Assembly (NCBI GenBank): GCA_000146045.2
Contig: BK006936.2
Location: forward strand, 512,001-576,000
Length of the DNA stretch: 64,000 nt
Reading direction: 5' to 3'
Origin: TPA_inf: Saccharomyces
Lineage: Eukaryota
Positions within the stretch are counted from its first letter, which is position 1. Each line of letters opens with the position of its first letter. A program made the translations under genes and the position numbers. Shown in pieces: positions 14,301 through 24,096 of the stretch. The notes under the pieces were generated by a model, which was not told the DNA's origin, did no database searches, and saw nothing but the letters and a program-made list of their open reading frames with translations.

Positions 14301-14628
14301 CAAAAACATCACTCAGTAATCTCAAAAGAACCAATATAGAATGGGCAATATCATCTGTAATATTGTCAGACGTAATTTCTTCATCTTGCACAATCAAGTC
14401 AATTAAACCTAATGTGTTTTCGATAATCGGGTTCAAGTCCTTAGTGATGGCTATATTCAAAATGATGGACCGACACGAATTGAAAACTGAATCTGCCTCC
14501 ACATCAGCATATGTTTTCAAATTAGATTCTATGGGAAGAACAAGTAGAAGCCTATCAAAAAAAAGATGCTTGGTCAAAGAGTATTCCATTGGGAAATTTT
14601 TTTTGTCTTGCGGATCGCTTTGATTCAT
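5350..14628 (-). CDS. IRA1: Ras GTPase-activating protein, a neurofibromin homologue of 3092 aa.
   Basis: The RasGAP signature FLRFIGPALVSP is present. The length is exactly 3092 aa, matching IRA1 (YBR140C) rather than IRA2. There is a poly-Asn tract. Confidence 0.93.
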   Translation of the reverse strand: MNQSDPQDKKNFPMEYSLTKHLFFDRLLLVLPIESNLKTYADVEADSVFNSCRSIILNIAITKDLNPIIENTLGLIDLIVQDEEITSDNITDDIAHSILVLLRLLSDVFEYYWDQNNDFKKIRNDNYKPGFSSHRPNFHTSRPKHTRINPALATMLLCKISKLKFNTRTLKVLQNMSHHLSGSATISKSSILPDSQEFLQKRNYPAYTEKIDLTIDYIQRFISASNHVEFTKCVKTKVVAPLLISHTSTELGVVNHLDLFGCEYLTDKNLLAYLDILQHLSSYMKRTIFHSLLLYYASKAFLFWIMARPKEYVKIYNNLISSDYNSPSSSSDNGGSNNSDKTSISQLVSLLFDDVYSTFSVSSLLTNVNNDHHYHLHHSSSSSKTTNTNSPNSISKTSIKQSSVNASGNVSPSQFSTGNDASPTSPMASLSSPLNTNILGYPLSPITSTLGQANTSTSTTAATTKTDADTPSTMNTNNNNNNNNSANLNNIPQRIFSLDDISSFNSSRKSLNLDDSNSLFLWDTSQHSNASMTNTNMHAGVNNSQSQNDQSSLNYMENIMELYSNYTGSELSSHTAILRFLVVLTLLDSEVYDEMNSNSYRKISEPIMNINPKDSNTSSWGSASKNPSIRHLTHGLKKLTLQQGRKRNVKFLTYLIRNLNGGQFVSDVSLIDSIRSILFLMTMTSSISQIDSNIASVIFSKRFYNLLGQNLEVGTNWNSATANTFISHCVERNPLTHRRLQLEFFASGLQLDSDLFLRHLQLEKELNHIDLPKISLYTEGFRVFFHLVSTKKLHEDIAEKTSSVLKRLFCIIADILLKATPYFDDNVTKIIASILDGHILDQFDAARTLSNDDHVSFDAATSVYTEPTEIIHNSSDASLVSSLSQSPLSINSGSNITNTRTWDIQSILPTLSNRSSASDLSLSNILTNPLEAQQNNNANLLAHRLSGVPTTKRYASPNDSERSRQSPYSSPPQLQQSDLPSPLSVLSSSAGFSSNHSITATPTILKNIKSPKPNKTKKIADDKQLKQPSYSRVILSDNDEARKIMMNIFSIFKRMTNWFIRPDANTEFPKTFTDIIKPLFVSILDSNQRLQVTARAFIEIPLSYIATFEDIDNDLDPRVLNDHYLLCTYAVTLFASSLFDLKLENAKREMLLDIIVKFQRVRSYLSNLAEKHNLVQAIITTERLTLPLLVGAVGSGIFISLYCSRGNTPRLIKISCCEFLRSLRFYQKYVGALDQYSIYNIDFIDAMAQDNFTASGSVALQRRLRNNILTYIKGSDSILLDSMDVIYKKWFYFSCSKSVTQEELVDFRSLAGILASMSGILSDMQELEKSKSAPDNEGDSLSFESRNPAYEVHKSLKLELTKKMNFFISKQCQWLNNPNLLTRENSRDILSIELHPLSFNLLFNNLGLKIDELMSIDLSKSHEDSSFVLLEQIIIIIRTILKRDDDEKIMLLFSTDLLDAVDKLIEIVEKISIKSSKYYKGIIQMSKMFRAFEHSEKNLGISNHFHLKNKWLKLVIGWFKLSINKDYDFENLSRPLREMDLQKRDEDFLYIDTSIESAKALAYLTHNVPLEIPPSSSKEDWNRSSTVSFGNHFTILLKGLEKSADLNQFPVSLRHKISILNENVIIALTNLSNANVNVSLKFTLPMGYSPNKDIRIAFLRVFIDIVTNYPVNPEKHEMDKMLAIDDFLKYIIKNPILAFFGSLACSPADVDLYAGGFLNAFDTRNASHILVTELLKQEIKRAARSDDILRRNSCATRALSLYTRSRGNKYLIKTLRPVLQGIVDNKESFEIDKMKPGSENSEKMLDLFEKYMTRLIDAITSSIDDFPIELVDICKTIYNAASVNFPEYAYIAVGSFVFLRFIGPALVSPDSENIIIVTHAHDRKPFITLAKVIQSLANGRENIFKKDILVSKEEFLKTCSDKIFNFLSELCKIPTNNFTVNVREDPTPISFDYSFLHKFFYLNEFTIRKEIINESKLPGEFSFLKNTVMLNDKILGVLGQPSMEIKNEIPPFVVENREKYPSLYEFMSRYAFKKVDMKEEEEDNAPFVHEAMTLDGIQIIVVTFTNCEYNNFVMDSLVYKVLQIYARMWCSKHYVVIDCTTFYGGKANFQKLTTLFFSLIPEQASSNCMGCYYFNVNKSFMDQWASSYTVENPYLVTTIPRCFINSNTDQSLIKSLGLSGRSLEVLKDVRVTLHDITLYDKEKKKFCPVSLKIGNKYFQVLHEIPQLYKVTVSNRTFSIKFNNVYKISNLISVDVSNTTGVSSEFTLSLDNEEKLVFCSPKYLEIVKMFYYAQLKMEEDFGTDFSNDISFSTSSSAVNASYCNVKEVGEIISHLSLVILVGLFNEDDLVKNISYNLLVATQEAFNLDFGTRLHKSPETYVPDDTTTFLALIFKAFSESSTELTPYIWKYMLDGLENDVIPQEHIPTVVCSLSYWVPNLYEHVYLANDEEGPEAISRIIYSLIRLTVKEPNFTTAYLQQIWFLLALDGRLTNVIVEEIVSHALDRDSENRDWMKAVSILTSFPTTEIACQVIEKLINMIKSFLPSLAVEASAHSWSELTILSKISVSIFFESPLLSQMYLPEILFAVSLLIDVGPSEIRVSLYELLMNVCHSLTNNESLPERNRKNLDIVCATFARQKLNFISGFSQEKGRVLPNFAASSFSSKFGTLDLFTKNIMLLMEYGSISEGAQWEAKYKKYLMDAIFGHRSFFSARAMMILGIMSKSHTSLFLCKELLVETMKVFAEPVVDDEQMFIIIAHVFTYSKIVEGLDPSSELMKELFWLATICVESPHPLLFEGGLLFMVNCLKRLYTVHLQLGFDGKSLAKKLMESRNFAATLLAKLESYNGCIWNEDNFPHIILGFIANGLSIPVVKGAALDCLQALFKNTYYERKSNPKSSDYLCYLFLLHLVLSPEQLSTLLLEVGFEDELVPLNNTLKVPLTLINWLSSDSDKSNIVLYQGALLFSCVMSDEPCKFRFALLMRYLLKVNPICVFRFYTLTRKEFRRLSTLEQSSEAVAVSFELIGMLVTHSEFNYLEEFNDEMVELLKKRGLSVVKPLDIFDQEHIEKLKGEGEHQVAIYERKRLATMILARMSCS

Positions 14629-15024
14629 TTTAGAAAGAGCCTTAATCTTGTTGTATGTTATATGCTGAAGAAGAATGTTAAGTTTGAAGCTCTATTTGCA
14701 GGGCAAAAGATGATCACTTGACTTTATACGCTTTCGTTAAATAGCTTAACCACGCGCTGAAAACTACTATGAGCCCAATGCCAATAAAATGATCAAAGGC
14801 GTAAATGAAACCGGTACTGTGTAATAAGCGGAAAAAAAAAAAACAGTTAATTGTTTCAATCGTAATACAAAGCGAAAACCTTTAGTATATTAGTTTTATA
14901 TGAGCAGTAACTCTTGTTATTCTCCTTCGAACACTGTTCATTTGCTCATCTTTTACTTAACGTTTTTACACATCTTTCTATATTGTATCCCTTTATGAAA
15001 AACTTCCAGGCGGTGTCGGCTCGC

Positions 15025-16038
15025 TTAGAGGGTAATACCAAAATTGTTCAACCCAGGGCCGTCGTTAACCTTGATTCTTTTGGAAAAGCTACTCGGCTGC
15101 GGTGGAACTACCTGCAATTGATACAAACAATAGTACAACTTATTACTTTGATGGCTATTAAGCATTATGAGCCCGATAGAGCCGAGGAGGTTTTGTAACA
15201 GTGTTTTGTCGCAGTATCTTGAGTGCGTCACACAGGCTTGTGGCAGAACAATAAAGATGTAGCCTTGCGGCTTGAGAAATTTGACCATGCGATGGCACAT
15301 TGCACCGCGATCCCTGTGATTTTTGACAAAATTTAGCACTAGAGAGCATGATATCAGGTCGAATTTGTCGTTTTCATTTCTCGGTAGCGGTCTTTCCATA
15401 AAATCCTGCTTAATAACGCCTTCATGTTCCTCTAAATCTATACGAACCACATTTCTAAAAAGTGCACAACGGGATATGCGATTTCCGGAGCTCAATGAAC
15501 CAATTTCTAATGCCACTGCTCCAGGACAATTTTCAAATGAGGACCTGATCCATTTCTCGAGCAACTTGGACGTGTCTCCTCCTCGTTCCTTCAATTGCCC
15601 GTTTTGACTGGCAATTTGGTAAGTTTCTAGTCCTCCCAATTTATTAATCTGATTCATTATGTAACCAAGTAATGTGTACATCACAGCCAAGTCAGAAGTA
15701 TCCTTTGATTTGGATTCATTTTTAATTAATGAGTGCAGCCTCAGTAGTTGTGATTCCATAGCATCATTGAAGGACTGCGATTTGCCGTCTTCATAGTACT
15801 TGCCCAGTCTTACATTACCTTTAATACTTAACCTGATAATTTTGTCATTCTTCTCCTCGTTGGAATCATCTAGGTTTTCCTTAAGGCATAAAAACTTGCA
15901 TATCGATTGACGCTTATTAATTAAATGGTGGAATCTTCTTATTATCCTTCTTGTCTTCTGTGGCTTGATTACTCTCGTCACGTTACTTCCTACTTGCTTC
16001 CTCTTGCCCGTAATACTCTTCGACTTTCTTGAATGCAT
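15025..16038 (-). CDS. BMT2: 25S rRNA m1A methyltransferase, 337 aa.
   Basis: Length and position match YBR141C. The divergent promoter shared with MAK5 carries PAC and RRPE-like motifs typical of ribosome-biogenesis genes. Confidence 0.8.
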   Translation of the reverse strand: MHSRKSKSITGKRKQVGSNVTRVIKPQKTRRIIRRFHHLINKRQSICKFLCLKENLDDSNEEKNDKIIRLSIKGNVRLGKYYEDGKSQSFNDAMESQLLRLHSLIKNESKSKDTSDLAVMYTLLGYIMNQINKLGGLETYQIASQNGQLKERGGDTSKLLEKWIRSSFENCPGAVALEIGSLSSGNRISRCALFRNVVRIDLEEHEGVIKQDFMERPLPRNENDKFDLISCSLVLNFVKNHRDRGAMCHRMVKFLKPQGYIFIVLPQACVTHSRYCDKTLLQNLLGSIGLIMLNSHQSNKLYYCLYQLQVVPPQPSSFSKRIKVNDGPGLNNFGITL

Positions 16039-16195
16039 TCCGCTGTATTAGTGGTATCGCTAAGCTGATACAAGATTGCCATCAAGGTCATGGCTAGCTC
16101 ATCGATATTATAATTGTTATATTTTTTTTCACCTCACAAACCCGCCTCAAGGTTAGTTAGTCCGTACTTTTCTTTTTCTCTGAAAAACTTTTCCA

Positions 16196-16205
16196 GCGAT
16201 GAGCT
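16196..16205 (+). promoter_or_regulatory. PAC motif GCGATGAGCT in the BMT2-MAK5 divergent promoter. There is a second inverted PAC core CTCATCG at 16098-16104 and an RRPE-like TGAAAAACTTTT at 16181-16192.
   Basis: Exact match to the GCGATGAGMT consensus. Both flanking genes are ribosome-biogenesis factors. Confidence 0.6.
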
Positions 16206-16316
16206 TATAAGAATTTCCATCTAAAAAAGTTATATTCGCCAACCTGCCCATCATTATCATCATAACCTCAGGTAGAAATTCTTTAGTCAAATACCGGCAT
16301 AATCAGTTTTTCCATC

Positions 16317-18638
16317 ATGGGTAAGAAAAGGGCTCCTCAAAAAGGAAAAACGGTCACAAAGCCACAGGAGATAATTGTAGATGAATCCAAATTGAACTGG
16401 AAACCAGTAGATATTCCGGACACTTTAGATGACTTTGGTGGATTTTATGGCTTGGAAGAAATTGACGGAGTGGACGTTAAAGTCGTGGATGGTAAAGTAA
16501 CTTTCGTCACCAAAAAAGATTCAAAAGTGTTAAAAGATAGCAATAAGGAAAAAGTCGGAGATGATCAGGAATCTGTGGAAAATGAATCAGGGTCAGATTC
16601 GGAGTCCGAGCTCCTTGAATTCAAGAACTTGGACGATATTAAAGAAGGAGAGTTGAGTGCAGCATCTTATTCATCATCCGACGAGGATGAGCAAGGTAAT
16701 ATTGAGAGTTCAAAGTTAACCGATCCCAGTGAGGATGTGGATGAGGATGTGGATGAGGATGTTTTGAAAGAAAACGTCTTTAACAAAGACATTAATATCG
16801 ATGATATTTCTCCTGTAAATTTACCTGAATGGACGAATCTTGCACCTCTCTCAATGACTATTTTGCAGAGCTTGCAGAATTTAAATTTTCTCAGACCTAC
16901 AGAAATTCAAAAAAAGTCTATTCCAGTTATTATGCAAGGCGTAGACGTCATGGGGAAAGCCTCTACAGGTTCAGGTAAAACTTTAGCCTATGGTATTCCA
17001 ATTGTAGAGAAACTGATCAGTAACTTCTCTCAGAAAAACAAGAAACCAATATCGTTAATCTTTACTCCTACAAGAGAACTGGCGCATCAAGTCACAGACC
17101 ACTTAAAAAAGATCTGTGAGCCTGTTCTAGCGAAATCTCAGTACTCGATATTATCTTTGACAGGTGGACTCTCTATCCAAAAACAACAACGTCTATTAAA
17201 GTACGATAATAGTGGCCAAATTGTCATCGCAACACCAGGTAGATTTTTGGAACTGTTGGAAAAAGACAACACTTTAATCAAAAGATTCTCGAAAGTAAAT
17301 ACGCTAATCCTTGATGAGGCTGATAGGCTGTTACAAGACGGTCATTTCGACGAGTTCGAAAAAATCATTAAACATTTATTAGTAGAAAGAAGGAAAAACA
17401 GAGAAAACTCCGAGGGCAGTAGCAAAATTTGGCAAACTTTGATCTTTTCTGCAACATTCTCCATCGACTTGTTTGATAAGCTATCTTCTTCCCGTCAAGT
17501 TAAGGATAGAAGGTTTAAAAACAACGAAGATGAGCTAAATGCCGTAATACAACACTTAATGAGCAAAATTCACTTCAACTCAAAGCCGGTTATAATAGAT
17601 ACAAATCCTGAGTCAAAAGTGAGCTCTCAAATCAAAGAATCCTTAATTGAATGTCCTCCATTAGAACGTGACCTATACTGCTATTACTTTTTAACCATGT
17701 TCCCAGGTACAACTTTGATCTTTTGTAATGCCATTGACTCCGTGAAGAAATTGACCGTATACTTAAATAACCTAGGCATCCCAGCTTTTCAAATTCATTC
17801 TTCCATGACACAAAAGAACCGTTTGAAAAGCTTAGAAAGGTTCAAGCAACAAAGCGCTAAACAGAAAACAATAAATCATTCGAATCCGGATTCCGTTCAA
17901 CTCTCAACAGTATTGATTGCAAGTGATGTTGCTGCTAGAGGTTTAGATATTCCGGGTGTTCAACACGTTATTCATTACCACTTACCAAGATCTACTGATA
18001 TTTATATTCATAGATCAGGCAGAACTGCAAGAGCAGGTTCTGAAGGTGTCTCTGCCATGATATGCTCACCTCAAGAATCTATGGGCCCATTAAGAAAGTT
18101 AAGAAAAACTCTCGCTACAAAAAATAGTGTTTCGACGGATTTGAACTCTAGATCAACTAACAGAAAACCCATCAAGTGGCAAAACACTGTGCCTTTGTTA
18201 CCAATTGAAACCGATATACTTTCACAACTCAGAGAAAGAAGTAGATTAGCAGGCGAACTGGCTGATCATGAAATTGCTTCTAATTCCCTAAGAAAAGATG
18301 ACAATTGGTTAAAAAAGGCTGCTGATGAATTAGGTATTGACGTTGATTCCGACGAAGACGATATATCAAAGAGTAATTCGGACACTTTCTTACTAAAAAA
18401 TAAAAATAAAAAAATGCAGAAGACTATAAATAAGGACAAGGTAAAAGCCATGAGAGCTACGTTGAACGAATTGTTATCAGTGCCTATACGTAAAGATAGA
18501 AGACAGAAATATTTGACAGGTGGGCTAGTGAATTTAGCTGATAACTTGGTCAAAAAAAGAGGTCATAATTCTATCATTGGTCATGAAAAGACAAACGCCT
18601 TAGAAACTTTGAAGAAAAAGAAAAAGAGAAATAATTAA
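16317..18638 (+). CDS. MAK5: DEAD-box RNA helicase needed for 60S ribosomal subunit biogenesis.
   Basis: Walker A motif ASTGSGKTLAY, DEAD box in LILDEADRLL, SAT motif FSATF and motif VI HRSGRTAR are all present. At 773 aa it matches YBR142W. Confidence 0.92.
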   Translation: MGKKRAPQKGKTVTKPQEIIVDESKLNWKPVDIPDTLDDFGGFYGLEEIDGVDVKVVDGKVTFVTKKDSKVLKDSNKEKVGDDQESVENESGSDSESELLEFKNLDDIKEGELSAASYSSSDEDEQGNIESSKLTDPSEDVDEDVDEDVLKENVFNKDINIDDISPVNLPEWTNLAPLSMTILQSLQNLNFLRPTEIQKKSIPVIMQGVDVMGKASTGSGKTLAYGIPIVEKLISNFSQKNKKPISLIFTPTRELAHQVTDHLKKICEPVLAKSQYSILSLTGGLSIQKQQRLLKYDNSGQIVIATPGRFLELLEKDNTLIKRFSKVNTLILDEADRLLQDGHFDEFEKIIKHLLVERRKNRENSEGSSKIWQTLIFSATFSIDLFDKLSSSRQVKDRRFKNNEDELNAVIQHLMSKIHFNSKPVIIDTNPESKVSSQIKESLIECPPLERDLYCYYFLTMFPGTTLIFCNAIDSVKKLTVYLNNLGIPAFQIHSSMTQKNRLKSLERFKQQSAKQKTINHSNPDSVQLSTVLIASDVAARGLDIPGVQHVIHYHLPRSTDIYIHRSGRTARAGSEGVSAMICSPQESMGPLRKLRKTLATKNSVSTDLNSRSTNRKPIKWQNTVPLLPIETDILSQLRERSRLAGELADHEIASNSLRKDDNWLKKAADELGIDVDSDEDDISKSNSDTFLLKNKNKKMQKTINKDKVKAMRATLNELLSVPIRKDRRQKYLTGGLVNLADNLVKKRGHNSIIGHEKTNALETLKKKKKRNN

Positions 18639-18868
18639 TCTCGAGGCTTTTGAAGAGAAACTCTCCTTTCACTGTATTTTCTACGTAATATACACGGTCC
18701 TCTAAACCCACTATGTACTTTCAACAAAGGAATTAGCTCAATATAGAGCAAAAGGTTTACCAAGTATATATTATATTGTACAAAAAATTAAAAGCGAATT
18801 TAATTTAAATCTGGCATCTAGTGATTAAATTCTTTTTGATTCGATTTTTTTCTCCCCCTTTTATTTAT

Positions 18869-20182
18869 TTAAATGAAATCATAGTCGGATCCTTCATCTT
18901 CGTCATAATATTCATCCTCAGATTCATCAACTAGTTGTTCAAAATTAACTTTGTAACGCAGCATGGCACCAATACCACCAAAACCTGTGACAAATTGGGC
19001 ACCTTCTGAAGATTTGTCTGTGATGAATTCCAAGGTAGCACCGAAGTTTTTGTAGTTAGCTGCTAGCCATTCAATTAAAGGTTCTTCGGAGACAACGTCC
19101 ATTTCTTGGCCGGTAGCTTTGTCAATAGCAAACGACTTGTCCTTGGCTTCTGGTTCAGCGAATTTTATAACCTCATTATCCTCGGCATCTTTAAATGTAT
19201 ATCTGATAGTTTCCAAATTTTCGAAAACAATTAATTTTTCGACTGCACCTAAATCCAATGCCTTTAAAGTATCATCTATACCATAACAGAATTTACCAGT
19301 GTCCTGGGAAATTTCGTCAAAATATGCCTCCAATAATTTCTTTTCTTGAACATACTTGACATTGGCCAACGCTTCGGCAGAAAGTTCGATAGCCTGGTTG
19401 AAACCGTTTTCACCACCATAAGAAACATCCACGATGGAAATAACCTTACATGCTAGTCTTGGATCGAATAATTCAGATTTAGCCAAATCGGTCTTAAAGT
19501 CAGCAGAACCAGCTAAAATTAAACCCTTAACATTGACTTTGTCATTAGTAATAAAATTTTGAACAGCAACTTCGGCGACCTTTCTCACATAATTATGTCT
19601 TTTTTCTTCTCTTAAACGAGCAAAACGAAGCGCAGATTGACCACCTCTACCATGCTTTTTTGGCAGATCGACAGTAAATTTATGTAAAACAGTTCTCGTA
19701 TTACCGGACACAGAACCAAACAAAGTACCTTGACCGTCCATGACTATAAAACCGAACTTGTCGTCAGCTTGAAGCAATTCCGAAAGAACTTCTGTATGAA
19801 ATTTGTTATCACACAAATATAAGGATGTGTTGATAGGTTTGTAAGGTTCGATGTCAAAAGTGACCTTTTTTTCTTTACCATCTTCAGTGATGATATCACC
19901 ACAATATAAAACTAAACCGTTCTTGGGCAAAGTATTATATAGCTTCAACTTTTGTTGGGTGGAAGTGATAGCAGATAAAACGGAAAGACGATTAACCCTA
20001 GATTTAATATTCGAGGCAGTACCATATTCATCTGTTAACATTTTTTGGTACAGTGGAATTTGACCCTTAGGAGGAATAACTAAGGAAATCATAGAAGTAC
20101 CATTACCTCTAGCTTTTTCTAAAGATTGGACCAACTTCTTGACCTTCCAGATCTCAATATTTTTTTCAACCTCGTTATCCAT
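18869..20182 (-). CDS. SUP45: Translation termination factor eRF1.
   Basis: The NIKS motif ([11 protein letters not shown]) and the GGQ motif ([11 protein letters not shown]) are present, plus an acidic C-terminus. At 437 aa it matches YBR143C. Confidence 0.95.
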
Positions 20183-20373
20183 TATTGAAGTATTTCCTTT
20201 GTCTATTTCTGTAGTCTTAATAAGGAGACAAGCCGAAATGAATTAAGAAATAAAGGTGTCGTTAAGGCCACACCAACAGTATATCAGTTAAAAATACAGT
20301 GATGTATTTCATTGATTTGACGCTTAGCACTGGATTTCTGAAAAAATTTTTCATTCAGGGTCAACGGAATAAT

Positions 20374-20381
20374 CCGGGTAA
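20374..20381 (+). promoter_or_regulatory. Reb1 consensus site CCGGGTAA (TTACCCGG on the other strand) about 195 bp upstream of the SUP45 ATG.
   Basis: Exact consensus, at a typical promoter NDR position. Confidence 0.5.
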
Positions 20382-21234
20382 TAAAGACGGCGCTATCAAA
20401 CGGTATTACTGAAAAATGTACAAATGATGAGAGAGCAAGTGACTTAAGTATTCTTCGTACATGCGGTAGCGACAGATTGTAGTTTATGATCTGGTTATAA
20501 TACCATGTATAAATTGGAAGGATCTAAGCTAAAGTAAATTATGAATTGAATACTGCCCTTCAAAAATTAGATTTTGACAGGATGCTTTTTAACAAGTCTG
20601 TTATCCTCTTCATGGAATCACAAATTTAACCAGATATTTGCAGCAGCTATTGGGGGAAATGATGTAGCTAAGGTCTACCTCATACTGCTCATATCCAGCT
20701 TTTTACTTACTTTTCGTTTCAAGGCTCCCATACTATCTATAATGAGTAGAAATATCAGATGACTATGTCATTTTGAAGTTGGTTAGAATTTGCTTTTTGG
20801 TTTCGACAGCATGTGCACATTCATCATTGACCTTCGCTAAAGGTAGCGCCACCAAAAAGGAGCAATGAATTGAAATAAAGTTCTCAGTCCTCTACTTGTC
20901 CAGTTCTTGGCACATTGTAGAGTCTTACGTCAAATGTTCTGTTGGCTCACATACGTGCTCTTCGTATTTTCCATGAATAACTTCAGCTATTTATGTAAAT
21001 GACGCTCATACTCTTTATAAATCTGAAAATAAATAGCACGCATATACAAAGTGGATCAAGAGGCGTTATATCCAAACATTTCAGACAGAAGATTATATAA
21101 TGTAACAGAAAAAGTTTTAAAAATTTTGGAATAAAGGAAAAGGTGGTTGGGGAAGAGAATAGAGCTACAGCAAGTAAAAAGGTGCTTTCCTCGAAGTTGC
21201 GTCGAAGATGAATGAAAGTAGTTGCTAATTCTTA

Positions 21235-21549
21235 CTAGCACATGAAAAAAAAGGATATATATAATTTTACAAGTAGTGTCTTCATGACGGATTCATAGTC
21301 TATCCAAGCGTTTGCCCAAAATTTTGCAGTAAATTTAATGTTTTCTGTATAGGATAATGGTGCGCCATTCAAGTCCCGCGAAAAATGACTGATGTCTACA
21401 GGACAGGGGCGCAATATATGTTCTCTGACATTGCACCTTTTGAATATATCATGTGTTTGTTCTGCTATCTGCTTGTAGAAGGGTACGCTAACAGAGCCGG
21501 CGGCATTGTAAAAAGTTCTCCTTTCGCGGAAGGATGAGTCAAAAAGCAT
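21235..21549 (-). CDS. Small 104-aa ORF that matches the dubious YBR144C. It is probably not a real gene and lies inside the ADH5 promoter.
   Basis: It has no recognisable domain and sits directly upstream of ADH5, overlapping promoter elements. Confidence 0.2.
   Translation of the reverse strand: MLFDSSFRERRTFYNAAGSVSVPFYKQIAEQTHDIFKRCNVREHILRPCPVDISHFSRDLNGAPLSYTENIKFTAKFWANAWIDYESVMKTLLVKLYISFFFMC
21535..21541 (+). promoter_or_regulatory. TGAGTCA, a perfect Gcn4/AP-1 (Yap) palindromic site about 220 bp upstream of ADH5 and inside the dubious ORF YBR144C.
   Basis: Exact 7-mer. Confidence 0.4.
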
Positions 21550-21640
21550 GTGACAATGAAATAATCAAATTGTGACATCTGCTGACGCGGGATCGTTCCT
21601 TCGTATTGTCTAGATTGTAATCTATATAACATACTACGAA

Positions 21641-21648
21641 TATAAAAG
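21641..21648 (+). promoter_or_regulatory. Canonical TATA box TATAAAAG about 115 bp upstream of the ADH5 ATG.
   Basis: Exact TATAWAWR match at the position expected for a highly expressed TATA-containing gene. Confidence 0.6.
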
Positions 21649-21761
21649 AGGGACTACAAGATATTTCTAGCGCAAACTACTGCTTTACTGTCTCACAATG
21701 TCTCTGATTGGAAGATACCTAAGAAAATTATTTAACTACATATCTACAAAATCAAAGCATC

Positions 21762-22817
21762 ATGCCTTCGCAAGTCATTCCTGAAAAACAAAAGGCTATT
21801 GTCTTTTATGAGACAGATGGAAAATTGGAATATAAAGACGTCACAGTTCCGGAACCTAAGCCTAACGAAATTTTAGTCCACGTTAAATATTCTGGTGTTT
21901 GTCATAGTGACTTGCACGCGTGGCACGGTGATTGGCCATTTCAATTGAAATTTCCATTAATCGGTGGTCACGAAGGTGCTGGTGTTGTTGTTAAGTTGGG
22001 ATCTAACGTTAAGGGCTGGAAAGTCGGTGATTTTGCAGGTATAAAATGGTTGAATGGGACTTGCATGTCCTGTGAATATTGTGAAGTAGGTAATGAATCT
22101 CAATGTCCTTATTTGGATGGTACTGGCTTCACACATGATGGTACTTTTCAAGAATACGCAACTGCCGATGCCGTTCAAGCTGCCCATATTCCACCAAACG
22201 TCAATCTTGCTGAAGTTGCCCCAATCTTGTGTGCAGGTATCACTGTTTATAAGGCGTTGAAAAGAGCCAATGTGATACCAGGCCAATGGGTCACTATATC
22301 CGGTGCATGCGGTGGCTTGGGTTCTCTGGCAATCCAATACGCCCTTGCTATGGGTTACAGGGTCATTGGTATCGATGGTGGTAATGCCAAGCGAAAGTTA
22401 TTTGAACAATTAGGCGGAGAAATATTCATCGATTTCACGGAAGAAAAAGACATTGTTGGTGCTATAATAAAGGCCACTAATGGCGGTTCTCATGGAGTTA
22501 TTAATGTGTCTGTTTCTGAAGCAGCTATCGAGGCTTCTACGAGGTATTGTAGGCCCAATGGTACTGTCGTCCTGGTTGGTATGCCAGCTCATGCTTACTG
22601 CAATTCCGATGTTTTCAATCAAGTTGTAAAATCAATCTCCATCGTTGGATCTTGTGTTGGAAATAGAGCTGATACAAGGGAGGCTTTAGATTTCTTCGCC
22701 AGAGGTTTGATCAAATCTCCGATCCACTTAGCTGGCCTATCGGATGTTCCTGAAATTTTTGCAAAGATGGAGAAGGGTGAAATTGTTGGTAGATATGTTG
22801 TTGAGACTTCTAAATGA
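21762..22817 (+). CDS. ADH5: Zinc-dependent alcohol dehydrogenase, the ADH1 paralogue.
   Basis: The motifs [16 protein letters not shown] and GACGGLG are present. The N-terminus [26 protein letters not shown] is ADH5-specific. Length is 351 aa. Confidence 0.93.
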   Translation: MPSQVIPEKQKAIVFYETDGKLEYKDVTVPEPKPNEILVHVKYSGVCHSDLHAWHGDWPFQLKFPLIGGHEGAGVVVKLGSNVKGWKVGDFAGIKWLNGTCMSCEYCEVGNESQCPYLDGTGFTHDGTFQEYATADAVQAAHIPPNVNLAEVAPILCAGITVYKALKRANVIPGQWVTISGACGGLGSLAIQYALAMGYRVIGIDGGNAKRKLFEQLGGEIFIDFTEEKDIVGAIIKATNGGSHGVINVSVSEAAIEASTRYCRPNGTVVLVGMPAHAYCNSDVFNQVVKSISIVGSCVGNRADTREALDFFARGLIKSPIHLAGLSDVPEIFAKMEKGEIVGRYVVETSK

Positions 22818-23214
22818 TCTTTTGTAACGAATTTGATGAATATATTTTTACTTTTTATATAAGCTATTTTGTAGATATTGACTTTTTACGATTTATTTGT
22901 AACAATGAGAATTACTCCATTTCTGAACTTCAGTAAATAGCGAGTGATTCTGTACTTTGCGAGAACCGGTGGACATTTGGTATTTTGCCTTACAAGAACA
23001 ACCTATACAAACGTTTCAATATCTAATTCTTTGTAATCCATTGTTTTACGAGACATATAATGTGATATATAGATGAACTTTACGTATAAAATGATATATT
23101 TAAAACTAGCAACTGCGTGCGTAAGACAAACTGAAATAGGCCATTTACGGAAAAGAAATTTAATAATGTCGACTGGAAACTGAAACCAGGAGGAGTAGAA
23201 ATTGGTTAAATTGA

Positions 23215-24096
<882 letters not shown>

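Noticed and set aside
14914-15198. 94-aa plus-strand ORF overlapping the 3' end of BMT2 and the IRA1 upstream region
   Set aside because: It overlaps a bona fide gene on the opposite strand and has no motif or typical start context. It is likely a chance ORF.
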